Assembly: GCA_032718475.1 (NCBI GenBank)
Contig: JAUCBJ010004805.1
Span: 1 to 58,764, forward strand
Length of the DNA: 58,764 nt
Direction: 5' to 3'
From: Nemertoderma westbladi
Lineage: Eukaryota > Animalia > Xenacoelomorpha
A model generated the notes under the pieces. It worked only from the letters and a program-made list of their open reading frames with translations. It searched no databases and was not told where the DNA came from. The number at the start of each line of letters is the position of its first letter. The first letter of the stretch is position 1. Position numbers and translations under genes: made by a program. Below are positions 38,509 to 51,300 of the stretch, piece by piece.

Positions 38509-39441
38509 ATTACATTATTGTAGGTGTAGGAATTGATCTATAGACTGAAAGGAATATTTAATCACAATTTTACCCTTTATCCAGAAATCCTTCCCATAGA
38601 GCCCATGTATTTGTATTCTTTTCAACATAAAGTATATAGGCATAACTGTATTTTTTTGAGCAACCAAATATCAGAACTATTTAATGAATCGTATATTAGT
38701 TGAAGTAAAAATGTAACTTTTCAATTTAATTAAATTTTATTTGAATCAACCAAATAACTTCAATTATTTTCAAGTTTCATCCAATTTGGTTTCTGTTTTA
38801 ATCGATTGGAGTAAAAAGATGTGTCTCTCACACTGCGCACAACACTGTATATTTTTTGTGGCGTTTCGATCACGGGGTCACTGAAAAATAGCGGTTTTTT
38901 AAAATTTAATGTCGAATTTCACCGATTTCAACTCGTCGAGTATTCACCAACTTTTTTATTTGGGCTATTCAGTCACTTGAGTAACATATTTATTTGAGCC
39001 TCAGAATCTTTTCAAATATCGCCAATCTCGCACAGAACGTCTCCAAAATTTGTTAGTTCGGCAAAAAACTCTCAAATTCGTCAAAAAGAGTAAATTATTG
39101 GTTACAAAATAATATGCTACAACTAGAAAGGCCAGCAAGCAGGCTATAAGGAGACCGTCCATATAGACAAACGTAGTGTTAGTTGGGTCCCTCCTCATTC
39201 ATTATCATCATCTCCCTCCCACATAACATAGCAGTGTGTAACCTTATAGATTATTGTCATAGGATTCACTGGGAAGAGCTATTCATCTGGTGATGTAATA
39301 CATTATACAAACCAACAGTTGATGTTTGATTACTGTCTGGGTTACAGGGTTAGAGTGATATAGTAATTAATTTAGCAAGTAATATACTTCTGTGCAGTTT
39401 GGGCCTATCCATTCAATCAATAGTAGTTGCTTACTAGGCCC

Positions 39442-39680
39442 ACGGCGGGGTAGCTCAGTTGGTTGAGCGCCGGGCCTGCAATCTATTGGTTGTAGGTTCA
39501 GCCCCGCCAGGGTCCACTCAGCCTTTCATCCACTGGGGTCGATAAAATGAGTACCAGTTAAATAACTGGGAGCAAATCTTGGGATAGGAGTAGCGACCAC
39601 CCCTACCCTCGGGTAGCAGCTAACGAAAGAGGAGCCTTTGGGTCGCCTCCGGCTTTGGCCGACTGTTTGCTTGCTTGCTT
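39442..39680 (+). mobile_element. tRNA-derived (Cys-like head) Deu/Nin-domain SINE
   Basis: gtagctcagttgg A box; GCA anticodon-like loop; ggttca B box; ctcagcctttcatcc..ggggtcgataaaatgagtacc core; (ttgc)n tail; 11-bp TSD ttactaggccc. Confidence 0.9.
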
Positions 39681-40475
39681 TTACTAGGCCCTCATGAGTA
39701 CCAGCAGCTGGTGTTTCTATCGTTGAGTTGATGGCAATTTTCGTGTTTTCATTTTGGCTCACTCAGGGTACTGGTTTGAGGGGCAGGTTCGTTTAAATTC
39801 AGCTTGTTGGCTTTCTAGTCTTAATTATGTAGATTTTCTATACTCTATTTAACATTTAAACAAATTAATGTTAATGAAACGTATTGATAGATGACAAGTA
39901 TTGATCAACAATTATTATTAATAATAAAATAATTTATTTAAAGATTAGATATTATATTGTCTTATAGTGGAGTAAATTATTTGTGAATCTAGGCAGTTTA
40001 AATGACTTTAAATATTAATTTCTATCTTTTTTTCATGATAATAATTTTTAAGACATATAAGGGGGGAGCCACGTAGTCTAGGTGAGCCTTTGTGAGGCGG
40101 TATGATTAGTGGACCTTCTGTTGTTGTTGTCCTTGAAAATGTTTATAATTTATCGCTAATGGGATTCAATTTCAATTATTGTTGAAATTAAATCAAATTA
40201 TACACAGAGACAGACTGCTATAGTTCATCTGACGGCTGCTAGGGGGAGTGAACAGGTCCACACAATTGTTCTGTTATGCAAAGTCTCATATAATTCGTGC
40301 TGCACAAAGTCTCCATAAACGTGACCGTTGTTCAATAAAGGTTAACTATCTGATTTTATCATGATAGTTATATGAGTGATTGAGTTCATAAATTCACATT
40401 TCTTCTGTTCATCTTCTTCCAGCATAATTTATCTGATTATCAACAATTAATTACATTACAATTATTTGAGTGTCA

Positions 40476-43187
40476 TCAACAGTCATCAATGGCAGTGGAA
40501 TCTATAGAAAGTTTTAAAGAAGCTAAGCCATTACTGTTATATTCAGTTAATTTAGTTAGACTTAGACTAGGAGCAAGACTGTTGCGTACATTGTCGGTTG
40601 TTTCAAAACTCATATTATCCGCTACTAACTGACTTTGTCGTTTAAAAGCTGGATTGGAATGACCCATGGTGCCTGTTGAATGGTTGGTGGCAAGAGACTT
40701 TGAATCATTAGAAGAACCCTTTTTACTGAGATACCCAGAGGAATCTTGTATTGTCGATGTAGTAAGGAATTCCCTCATTCGTTTGAGATGGGGACGGAAT
40801 AAATTCAACCATAGAGAACGGATATCTTTACTCAGAACACAATGGAATATAAACAACCAAACACCTTGGAAACTGCATGTAAGGCAAAAAAGATAGGAGA
40901 CGAAAACAGCAACAACATTAGCTTGAATAAATCCAAATACCCATGGTAGGCCTAACAATATCATCACAAATATACTACTTCTTAACTTCCATAAAAATAC
41001 TCCCTTATCATCTCCTTGATTTTTGCTTTTACTTGAGGCTACTCTGTTAAATGCCTTGATAACAAAAAAAGTAATCACAGAATTACAGAGAATGACAATG
41101 GCAATTGGTGTAACAAATCCTATATAATAGGCATAAGATCTCGTGTTAACCCAGCATAGATGTACACCACTTTCTGCATTGATTTCCCCATAATTGTCAA
41201 TATTAACTGAAACCACGATTATACAAATGATGGCTGGAAACCCCCATCCAACTAAAGCGCATTTGATAATGAAATACTTTATGTAATTGTGGAACACTTT
41301 GATTAACGAAAGGTACATATTGACAGCTTCTATCGCCATCCACATCCACGCAACAAGTATAAAGTAGTGACTCAGGAATGCGATCGCGTGGCAAAAGGAT
41401 CCATTCCTACTAATATTTGTTTCATTTAGCAGGAAAGTCGAAATGAACAACAGTAAACTTAGAGAAAGGTTGATATGAATCTTGGTCAATTTCTCTTTTC
41501 TGACTTTCTTGAAATATAGGAGTGTTGCTAAATGTAAGATCAAACAAATCACAGATAGAGTAACTCCTATCAATGAAATAACTCTCAGAGCTAATTGGTG
41601 ATTAGCCGACAGACTCTCAACGTCACCATATATGTCCATAAGTATCGCAAAATTCGTCATATGGTCACATTGACATGTTGTAGAATGGGATTGGCTTTCA
41701 ACTTTTGTACAACCATCTTGGCTCCAGCCAAGTAATTGTTCATCCCAGTATACACAACGGGGATTTCCATACGATTTGTTGTAGTGAATCATTGTGAATG
41801 TAACTTGTCTGGGCATTTGACGTTCATAATTCATATTATTGTTATTTACTGAAATTGACACAACTGGCGAATTGATTGTATCATTTGTATTACCGCTGCT
41901 ATCATAGAATAGACGACTATCCTTGTATTCCACAATTCCAATAATTATATCATTGAAACCATTTTCTGTTGAGTTTGGATGTTTGGCTTGAAGAGGTAAA
42001 TCAATGGTGATTCCCCAATCACTTGACCTATGGTAATTATCACCTATTTCACTTATTGCCAGCTTATTGGAAATAAGTTGAATATTTGAGGTACGTACAA
42101 CAACCTCTTTATCACCAGACACAGCAAACTCAGATTTAGAAAGATTTTCTAAAGAAGATATTATTACGTTTGGAGCTTTGTTATAGATTTGACTCGTTTC
42201 TAGTATCTTGGCTTCTGTTGTTGCAATGCAGTTGCACGTTTCAACGATATTTTCAGCTACATAAATAGTCTTTTTACTTGAAACATTTACCATTGTTTCT
42301 ATGGTGTCTGCTGTATATTTGATATCGAGAATATTAATGTTGTTTCCCATCGAGTGGACAATATTCTTTAGTTGTTGTGATGTTCCTTCAATATTGGTAG
42401 TGTTAATTTCTTTTGATGATATATCCTGAAGACTCAATGTGTCTTCAGACAGAATATTACATGTTTCGGAATAATCAACAATTTCCCATTGACCTTTGAC
42501 CCCACAATTCCTTGTAACATCCTGATCCCAATTCAAAGCACAAGCTAATTGAACTTCAACTCCCCGAGGAGTTCTAGGCCAAATATAAACTCCATATATA
42601 TTATTGTCTACCATTTCAGGACAGTAGAAAAAAGACGATTCTGTAGTAGTCACAGAAAATGTAGTCGTTATTGTTGATGTTGAATTTGTGCTTGAGGATA
42701 CAAATATCGTGGTTGTAGTTCCATCTGTTGTTATTGGTGAGTGTGTTGACTGTGGTGTTGTTGGTAAAGTGTTTTTTGTTGAAGAGAAGGTAGAATTGGT
42801 GTGATGTGGTAGAGTTTGCGTTGTGGTTTGTGGAATGACGGTTGAAGTTGCAACCGTTGTCGTTACTGGAGGTGGGGAGACATTACACTCGGCAACGAGA
42901 TATCTTGGCAAACAATATTTAAGTGCATGTACATATACATCAGATATGTTATGGCATTTCATTTTGTATACAAAACCTCCATGGCAAATTAAATATTTGT
43001 TGCTGCATGTTGGATTGTTGGGGTCAGGTTGTGGGAATTCTGTAGGGTTACAGCTAACAACATCTTGTAAAATGGGGTCGGAGTCGCTGTAGATGTTTTT
43101 ATTCAAATTTGGGAATTTTGGGGACATTGATGACACTATCACCATAGCAACGGTTAGGTGTATAAATAAAAGTTTAATATGCAACAT
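40476..43187 (-). CDS. Adhesion GPCR with N-terminal CBM14-like domain (903 aa, intronless ORF)
   Basis: First in-frame ATG at 43187, signal peptide; six-Cys domain; Thr-rich stalk; HRM (WPRT...C...RNC...W); GPS CVYWD...WSQDGC...CQCDHMTNFAILM; family-B 7TM (IHINLS, WMAIEA, GWGFP, LLGLPW, SFQG). Confidence 0.95.
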   Translation of the reverse strand: MLHIKLLFIHLTVAMVIVSSMSPKFPNLNKNIYSDSDPILQDVVSCNPTEFPQPDPNNPTCSNKYLICHGGFVYKMKCHNISDVYVHALKYCLPRYLVAECNVSPPPVTTTVATSTVIPQTTTQTLPHHTNSTFSSTKNTLPTTPQSTHSPITTDGTTTTIFVSSSTNSTSTITTTFSVTTTESSFFYCPEMVDNNIYGVYIWPRTPRGVEVQLACALNWDQDVTRNCGVKGQWEIVDYSETCNILSEDTLSLQDISSKEINTTNIEGTSQQLKNIVHSMGNNINILDIKYTADTIETMVNVSSKKTIYVAENIVETCNCIATTEAKILETSQIYNKAPNVIISSLENLSKSEFAVSGDKEVVVRTSNIQLISNKLAISEIGDNYHRSSDWGITIDLPLQAKHPNSTENGFNDIIIGIVEYKDSRLFYDSSGNTNDTINSPVVSISVNNNNMNYERQMPRQVTFTMIHYNKSYGNPRCVYWDEQLLGWSQDGCTKVESQSHSTTCQCDHMTNFAILMDIYGDVESLSANHQLALRVISLIGVTLSVICLILHLATLLYFKKVRKEKLTKIHINLSLSLLLFISTFLLNETNISRNGSFCHAIAFLSHYFILVAWMWMAIEAVNMYLSLIKVFHNYIKYFIIKCALVGWGFPAIICIIVVSVNIDNYGEINAESGVHLCWVNTRSYAYYIGFVTPIAIVILCNSVITFFVIKAFNRVASSKSKNQGDDKGVFLWKLRSSIFVMILLGLPWVFGFIQANVVAVFVSYLFCLTCSFQGVWLFIFHCVLSKDIRSLWLNLFRPHLKRMREFLTTSTIQDSSGYLSKKGSSNDSKSLATNHSTGTMGHSNPAFKRQSQLVADNMSFETTDNVRNSLAPSLSLTKLTEYNSNGLASLKLSIDSTAIDDC

Positions 43188-44870
43188 TATTAATGATAAC
43201 TCCAAACTGTCATTTATCCGGTATAGTTGGTAATGTTGACAATTATTTTAATTAACTTTTATAAATAATTTTACACCCAAATTTATATGTATTGTAATGT
43301 ATTAATAATGTTAATTAAACAATTATTTAAGCCGGTTATTGATGTGGCTTTAATCTTTTAATTCCCTCAGTACAACATTTCATAAAAAGCCGCTACAGCG
43401 AGTACAGTATATATAAATAATTAATGTTTGTAATTCTTAAGCTCGTCCAACTATCATACTGTATTATTTCAAGCCACCAAGACTGCGTACCCTAAAATGT
43501 ACAATGACTTCGGATTGGGGCGTATAATGTATTATAAGGTGCAAACAATTTCTACTTTTACGACTTTTAGATTAAAATTATAAAATCAAAAGAATTCAAA
43601 CAAGAAATTAGAGATTCTTTTAATTTATTATGATTTTCTTTCAATTTCTTATAATAATAAAAAATTTAAAAAAATTATAAAAAACTTAATTTGGAATTTT
43701 ACAGCAGCCATCGTTGTATAATTTTACAGTTAGGAATAGACGTACATAAATACAGTCTGTTGCAAATTACTTTATTGCAACACATTAATATTGCTTAATT
43801 AATCTGTTAATTAATTATTTAAGCACTAGAGGACATGATGCTGTAACTTTAATAGCAATAAAGTAATGTAAGGCTAACTCAGAGTGGAATTTAGAGTTTA
43901 CTTTGCTTCAACCATCAGCACAGACGTCATTAACAATTTAAAGATAACTGTGTGGGTCTGGTAAACGGTAGCACTACCGGTAACACGGGCACTGAATTTT
44001 AATTATCTTTAGATTCCATTAATAGTTTTTCGCCAAAACATAGAAAACATATTACTTTAATGCTCTATTATATAATTTGATAAATTACCACCTCAAATTT
44101 ACACCTTTTTGATAAAATAAATTAATATTCATGTTCAATAACATTCGCTTAGGTGTAAATAGATTTAGGAACTTTACTCACAAGAAAGTAGAATATAATA
44201 AATATTATATCAATTACTATGTAGGGCTATATATATTATATACTCTACCTATTGTGATATTTATGATTTATAATCGCTTGTAATAAACATTATATACATT
44301 ATTGTTCAAACTGGAATTTCAAATGATTTGAATTTTATTGTATGTTTAGCGGATTTCTTCCTTTTATCTAAATTGTTTCTTTTGTTTTCCTTTCTAAGTC
44401 TAACATATTTTCCATTATGTATATGTAACAAGATAATTTATGCGAATTATTTGTTTTTCAAATGTACTATGACCAAGGCATTCTACTTAATGGAATGACA
44501 TCAAATTTCATTTTATTAGTGTGAATACCGAATACCTCTACCGGTGGATTACCTTGTATAGGCCTACTTGTACTGTATATCTCAATATATCTCAGATTAT
44601 GAAGTGTGAACTATTTGTTTGGGGCGAGTCATAGTGGCGAGCCACTAGCGAAGAGTTATAAGACAAGTATAGTATGGCTGTTTTCCAAATGACTGTTTAT
44701 CGGAAGCCATAATAATTTTCTGAGGCCAATAAATATGACCCCCATTTTAAGTGATAACTGTTTATGGCTTGCATTAGTTTTAGTATGTCTACACAAAGAC
44801 CCTACTCTTGTATTTCCTAGAATGTAAGCTACATAACAGAAGTATTATTATATTATGTTATATTATATTA

Positions 44871-46212
44871 CACCATGTCCCGTAATATAGTGTCATTTCC
44901 TGATGACACGGACCACCCCCCCCCCCCAGATTTTTCTACAAATCTTTATCATATTGCTTGAAATTTGTAACACAACTAGTTCCACTCACCGTGGTTGACC
45001 CCATGAAGCCGGAATTTTCGTTTTTGCCTTTAAATTTTTTTTATAAGCGTTTTAAAAAAGTGTCTTTTGCGAAATCGCACCCTCCGCATCGTGGCCATTC
45101 TTCACATTAGTCGTAATTTTTTCATATCATTAAAAAGCTTGCGTTGCAAGGATTCCAAATTTGTAACAATATCTGAATTTCGTTGAGAAACAGCTGAGAT
45201 ATAGGCGTTCAAAGATTGCAAGAATTATTGTTCGCTGAAGGCCATTTATTCTATTTAATAAATAAACGATGTTCTGGAACATTTTGTTTATGTATGAATA
45301 GCTACGCAATATAGATATTGTATAGCAACAGGAAGATAACCTACCTATTCACAAATATTTTATGTGAACATTGTAGCGGCCGTAGTAGTGCACTTTTCAA
45401 ATCGTATGTCGAAGGAGCATGGATCTACGACTTTCCAAGTCTATGCTCTTTAGCCATCCACGAGTACTCAATAAGGCAGTGCGTAAAAATGGCTGAGAAG
45501 TCCTCATGCCAAAATATGACACCAGGGGAAAACTTCACTCTAGCCTATTGCAACGCCCTTCTTAACAAGGTTGACCAACATGCCCGTACCCGTATTGAAT
45601 TAGTTCAAAACTATCTTGATCTTTCAAGATAAATCATTAACATACTGTATCTTATGTATATAAATATCATAATCATGATGACTGTATGTACTTATCGTTT
45701 GCCATATATATTTTATCAAATTTGTCAAATAAAGCCGCCGGGGCCTAAAACCGGATGTTGAATAGGCATACCGCTGTTGCCAACCAACTCATAAAATAAA
45801 TATCACGTTCTAGAATTTTGTGTATTTATTAAATATAATAAATGGCATTTAGCGAACAATAATTCTTGCAATCTTTGAACGCCTATATCTCAGCTGTTTC
45901 TCAACGAAATTCAGATATTGTTACATATTTTGAATCCTTGCAACGCAAGCTGTTTAATGATATGAAGCACGACTAATGTGAAGAATGGCCACGATACGGA
46001 GGGTGCCATTTCGCAAAAGACACTTTTTTAAAACGCTTATAAAAAAAATTTAAAGGCAAAATCGAAAATTCCGGTTTCATGGGGTCATCGACGGTGAGTG
46101 GAACTAGTTATGTTTCAAATTTCAAGCATTATGATAAAGATTTGTAGAAAAATCTGGGGGGGGGGGGGGGTCCGTGTCATCAGAAAATGACACTATATTA
46201 CGGGACATGGTG
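44871..46212. mobile_element. Longer copy of the TA-flanked foldback MITE family with an extra internal segment
   Basis: ta-caccatgtcccgtaatatagtgtc ... gacactatattacgggacatggtg-ta; arms match 1398-2301; ~440 bp extra centre. Confidence 0.9.
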
Positions 46213-46589
46213 TATATACTGTATATTCATTAACAGAAGTAATCGTTATATGGCTTAAAATTTCATATGAGTAAAACTCTTGCAAATTTAGTTTTCATTT
46301 TCAAATCAAATATAATACGAGGGGGGGGGGGGGGGGGGGGGGGGGTCACTCAGGTCTTCAACATGTTGCCTATAGAAAACGAAGTGAATCTCTATATCAA
46401 AACAAAGTATACAACAGTATCATTGTCCTCTACAGTATTATATTGTCTAAGAAGATGGGTCAATCGATGGGTCAATCGATGGATCAATCGATGGATCGAA
46501 AATTTTCAAAATAAATTTTTTTTAATCTGTTTTTGTAGTTTGATAGAAGGGATTTCTTGTGGTGACATCGGTTTTCACCATTAACCACA

Positions 46590-47142
46590 AAATTGCAATT
46601 TTCAGCAACAGCAACCTTTTTCTCAGTTTGTTGATTTGGACTTTTTTCATCACTAAATTCCCTACTAATTTGTATTTTTTAATCAGTTGTCATCAAACAT
46701 ATACCAAAATGTTAAGCAGTTTTAGGTCTTTAATCTGAAGTATAGAATTTGTAAAACATGGCCATTTGGAACATACTAAAACCCCATAAATTTTAACAAA
46801 CATTTTAAAAAGCTATAATTTTGTGCTGAAATTTTCATAGAAGATAGCCTACATACAGTATCTAGGTCAATTTTGCCAAACAAAGTCTTAGACCGAGCAC
46901 TTCAACCCAGGTGGTATTACATATCCTTAAACATTAGATATTTTACAAATAAATGCCTCAAAATTTATACAATTTTTTAAATAAACCGACCTGCACAAAA
47001 AGTGCCGTATTTTTCGAACAAACGGGTTTACGAAGCTATCCATACTCAGATTCTATCGTAAAAGATCACACACAGATCATTGTATTAAAGTTTCAGAATA
47101 GTAGCTTTATAAATAAAAAGAAAATTTGGGTTGATGGTCCCC
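46590..47142. mobile_element. Possible Kolobok-like element end (one terminus only)
   Basis: Ends ...gatggtcccc-ttaa; partner terminus not found. Confidence 0.25.
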
Positions 47143-47432
47143 TTAATAATCAATAAATGTTAACAGGAAAAATTACTTAAATATTCAGTTTTCAATCAAA
47201 TCCCAAATCAAACATGCATGACAAATTTCAGAAAAAGTAATAGGTTGGCCTACTGAATTTTTATGATTTATGCTTATACTGTAATATTATACTTTCTCAT
47301 TATAGTATTTTCTCACTACAACCAATGTTTACCCACCTATCACCAAGCCGACAGAAAACAGAAGGGAAGGAAACCGATAGATGACAATACCCGACTAGTT
47401 TCTGGGAAGTTGGATGAAGGGGATGTCAACTT

Positions 47433-47492
47433 CTACTAGGATCGGCATGCTGCATTGCAGCTGCATACTCGGTGACTTCCAAATCCTGGAAA
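47433..47492 (-). mobile_element. Very short RTE 3'-end fragment joined to an internal RTE piece
   Basis: ctactaggatcggcatgctgcattgcagctgcat followed by ggtgacttccaaatcctggaaag; both are present in the 10372-11126 copy. Confidence 0.8.
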
Positions 47493-48489
47493 GTGGGATG
47501 GGATGTCAAAGGTGCAGTAAGAATCTTTTCCAGTATGGACAATATTGCACCAGCTACAGTTGAAACATTAAATTCATTGAGGGAAAAACACCCAGCTGCT
47601 CCAACTAATAGACGAGACTGACCCAAACGCCACAATGATCCAGTGTACTGCAGTACAGATCAAAGTAGGAATTATGGGCTTCCATAATATTTCAGAATAT
47701 ATAATAATAATAATAATATTAGAACGATAATTATTCCCATTAAGGGCTGCCAAATAAACACACGCAAACAGCCGAATAACTAATAATATCCTTGTTCTAC
47801 GTCGAATGGATGGCAAAAGCTAATGACTGTGTCATAGGCGAAAATAGCCCTCCCCCACCGCGCGGAATTCCCCCGGACATTTTCACCAAACGCAATACGC
47901 CCCCCCCCCCCCCCCAGAGCATTTTCTCCCCAGATTTCGAGAGTGGCGATCCGAAACCCTAATTTATACTGCCATGTAACTGGCTTAACCTAACCACTAG
48001 TCACTGCACTAACCCTAAGTCACCAGGCTGTAATTCTGCTTTCCCTTGACTTAGAGTCAGGGTTACACGACACTTTAGTTATGGTTTGGGCCTGTCCAAC
48101 TAACCTTAACCAAAAATTAAACCAATAAATGGAAGTTGAAGTGCTGTACGGTACGCTAGGCCTACTACAGTTTATTATACTGTAAGTCTATAGGAGGGAG
48201 GGGGGGTGCATATATTCACCTAGGACAACGGCCAACGTGTGGCCTACGCTACCCTGCCTGGGCCACCGCATTCAATTCATATAAACCACAAATCAGTAGA
48301 GTTGAAATTATAGTAGTATGTCTCAACAATAATTTGTAATCCAAATTTTTAAATAAATATTAGGCGGATAATAGGACCGACCATGTAAAGTAATCAATCA
48401 CGCTAGGACAAAAATATTTTGCCACCACCATGCAACCACCTCTTAACAAAAATATTTTTCCACCAACATGCAATCCGCAATTGGTAAGG

Positions 48490-48830
48490 CCAATGCAGCG
48501 TGCATTAAGAATGCTATGCCCGGCTTATTAACAAAGTTGCACAACCACAACATGGCTTTCGCCGCATCTTCAAGGCCAGTGTCCCTTATGATGCGTCTGA
48601 GGAAATTCATGGGCTGTCCACAATGCTTATTTTCTCCATGGGACTGCCAAAGCTCTATATTGTGCAGAGGCTGGTCCTCACGGCGAAAACAATGTCCTGC
48701 AAAGCGGTGGTGGCTTTGTTCAAGTGTCAAGCTTGGAGAGACTAATGTAACACTTCCAATGTTGTATAGTCTGATTGGAGATGTGTTCATTATACTTGAC
48801 ACAATGAAACCGGCGCAGCATTCTTGTATA
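48490..48830 (-). pseudogene. Older diverged RTE 3' fragment
   Basis: LYNIG..LVSPSLTLEQ..RFAGHCFRREDQP. Confidence 0.85.
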
Positions 48831-49224
48831 ATTGGCAGCCAGAAAATATAAGAGCACTGTTGTCGGCATATAAGATGAGTTTAAATTCGAGATCTATACT
48901 ACATATCATATCATTTACATAGCATACAAAAAGCAGAGGACTTAATATGCTACTTGCGGTACACCACAAGTAATATAATTGTGCAGTAGACTGCGATTTG
49001 CTAGTGACTACAGTTTAACCTCTGTATGACAGGTATAGGACTTGAACCAGTCTATAGAATCTACTACATACACACATTACACACCTTACTTACCTTACAG
49101 AATTTTATGATCTACTGATCGAATGCTTTTTGTAGGTCTAACATTAACGTTCCAGTATATAAACCGTTCATCCATGTGGATGGATGGTTGGACTATAACA
49201 GCTCAGGGAAGGTTTGAGCCAGAA

Positions 49225-50580
49225 TATGCCGTGCTGCAAAAATCGTATGCGGATGATGGTAATGTCGCTGGTCGTTTGGACAACTTAAGGGTATTCTGGG
49301 ATTGTATATGCGAGGTGGGTCTAAAATATGGGTACTTTCCAAATGGCATCAAATTGTGCCTGGTCGTCAAGGATGAACATCATAAAAGGCAGTGAGATTA
49401 TTTGAAGCCGGGATTGAGATCACAGACGGTCATCGGGTAGGTACATCGGATATTTAGTTAAACAGCTGGAGAGGTTAAATATATTCGCTTTGAGTAACCC
49501 ACATGCACATCCTGCTTATGGCTGTATGATGGTTGGATTTCAGCCAACTTCAATTTCGAAGCAAGTATGACACCTGACAATGCACCACAAACAAGTTGCT
49601 ACCCACGACCCACCATTATTTGTAGATGTGCTCCAAGGGAATTCAAATATCACCTCATCTCTATTCCTGTACATGAAGGTGGTTTAGCGCTGATACTCCC
49701 TAGGGACCTGAATGTGAATTATGATATATCTGTACAGTTGAGTGCACACACCCAGTGTCCTGGTGCTAATCCATGAATTCTCCAGAACTCCTTCCTCAAT
49801 GGGGATAAAGCTGACTGCAACATAAAAACGCAAAGAAATTGCGAAATTCTGGAATTCCATCTAAGTTACTACTCAAAGTACCTGAGAAATTTGGTGAAGG
49901 AGATAGGCGCATCAGCGTGGTTGCCCGCTCTCCCAATATCAAAATATTGGATGTGCATACATAAATCTGCCTTCCGGGACAGCCTGTGTTTGAGATTTGG
50001 GTGGTCACCCCAGCGGCTGCCAGCTAACTGTGTCTGTGGGTCTGTGTCTGTCGTCCTTCACTATTTCCTATTGTCTCCACTGTCCCACTGGAGGTTTCCC
50101 CAGTGTTAGTAGACATTAACACTATCCAGGACTATCTCGCCGAGCTGCAATCCGAGGTTGCCCGTAGTGTAGAGACAGAGCTACACCTACAACAACTAGA
50201 TACAGAGCAATTTCGCTTACTTGGTACCATATGGCAGGAGGATGCCCATCTCGATGTTGTGGCCTGTGGTGTCTGGGAGTAAACTTCGAGAAGGTGTTCA
50301 TGGGCATCAAGGTGTTCGTTCAACCTGCTCTGCTCATAAAATCCGCACTCTAGCCCAGCTGTTTATTCTAAGCATGAAGAGCACTGAAAGTACGAACAGC
50401 GGGTTACAGTTTGGGGAACACTCAAGTTTTTGTTCAATCATGGAATCCGCAACTGGCCGAATGAGTCAGAGTGCTCACGCGCTAGTCAATCAGATTTCCA
50501 AACTCCTGTAAGACAAGCGTGGTGCCCCATATTCCACGACCGTATCCCTGATATGCACGAAGCTAAACCTCACCCTGTGA
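49225..50580 (+). pseudogene. Highly decayed CRE-like RT/REL fragment
   Basis: QKSYADDGNVAG...GLKYGYFPN; PVHEGGL; GASAWLPALP; AFRDSLCLRFGW; LDVVACGVW. Confidence 0.8.
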
Positions 50581-50669
50581 TCAGTCTGCACTGATGGTGC
50601 ATGGTGATGGGCTGTAAACTCAAAGGGGGGCGACAGCAGCAATTTCTGGCCGAGACAGGTTGATATTTT

Positions 50670-51300
50670 TCATTCCATTTTTGATAGAGCTTCCCATGCC
50701 TTTGCTTTCCTAACTTTGTGTCCTTCTGTCCTTCCTCCTTGCTCTCTATGCAAATGGTCGCTAAATGAGTACCAGATACCGACAGAAAGATATAGATAGT
50801 AAATAGATCTAATCAATCTAACTCTCACTGTCCTGTGGTAGAGATGAAAGGCAGCCAACCTGAAGATAGTCGAACCCAGAGGAGCAGTTGTGGTCTGGCT
50901 TCTTCCTCTTCCAATGGCAAGATCTATGTGCATTAATTGCACTAATCATTATTTATTGTGGGAGTATTTTATATGGAGCTAGCTCTGTTTTGCTGTCAGT
51001 TTTGCGGTAAGGCATATCAATCTCTGAATTCTGCTGTAACATAGTCTACCATTGGCTGGTGCTCTCTGCTAAACCATGACATGTGTACCTGCTTCCAGAT
51101 ATTACATTTTACTTGTACAGTCAACTTCTGTATTACCCCTGAACACCTGCCACCGAGTTCAGTCCTTTCCTGTAGTAGAGGCTTTTCATATAGAATGTCT
51201 CGACATGGAACATCACAGTAAGAGGTTATGTGTTGTACCACAATATGTACTGGGTGGTGGTCCTCAGGAAACTCACTTAATTAGAGTATACCTGGCCTGA
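50670..51300 (-). pseudogene. Possible old RTE-like remnant
   Basis: KVRKAKAWEALSKME resembles the RTE post-RT motif; otherwise degenerate. Confidence 0.35.

Noticed and set aside
39445-39510. tRNA-Cys gene
   Set aside because: It runs into a SINE core and tail and is flanked by a TSD; the 8934 tRNA-like head likewise runs into a SINE core and tail
43188-43205. TTG start of the 909-aa ORF
   Set aside because: Eukaryotic gene; the in-frame ATG at 43187 gives a normal signal peptide
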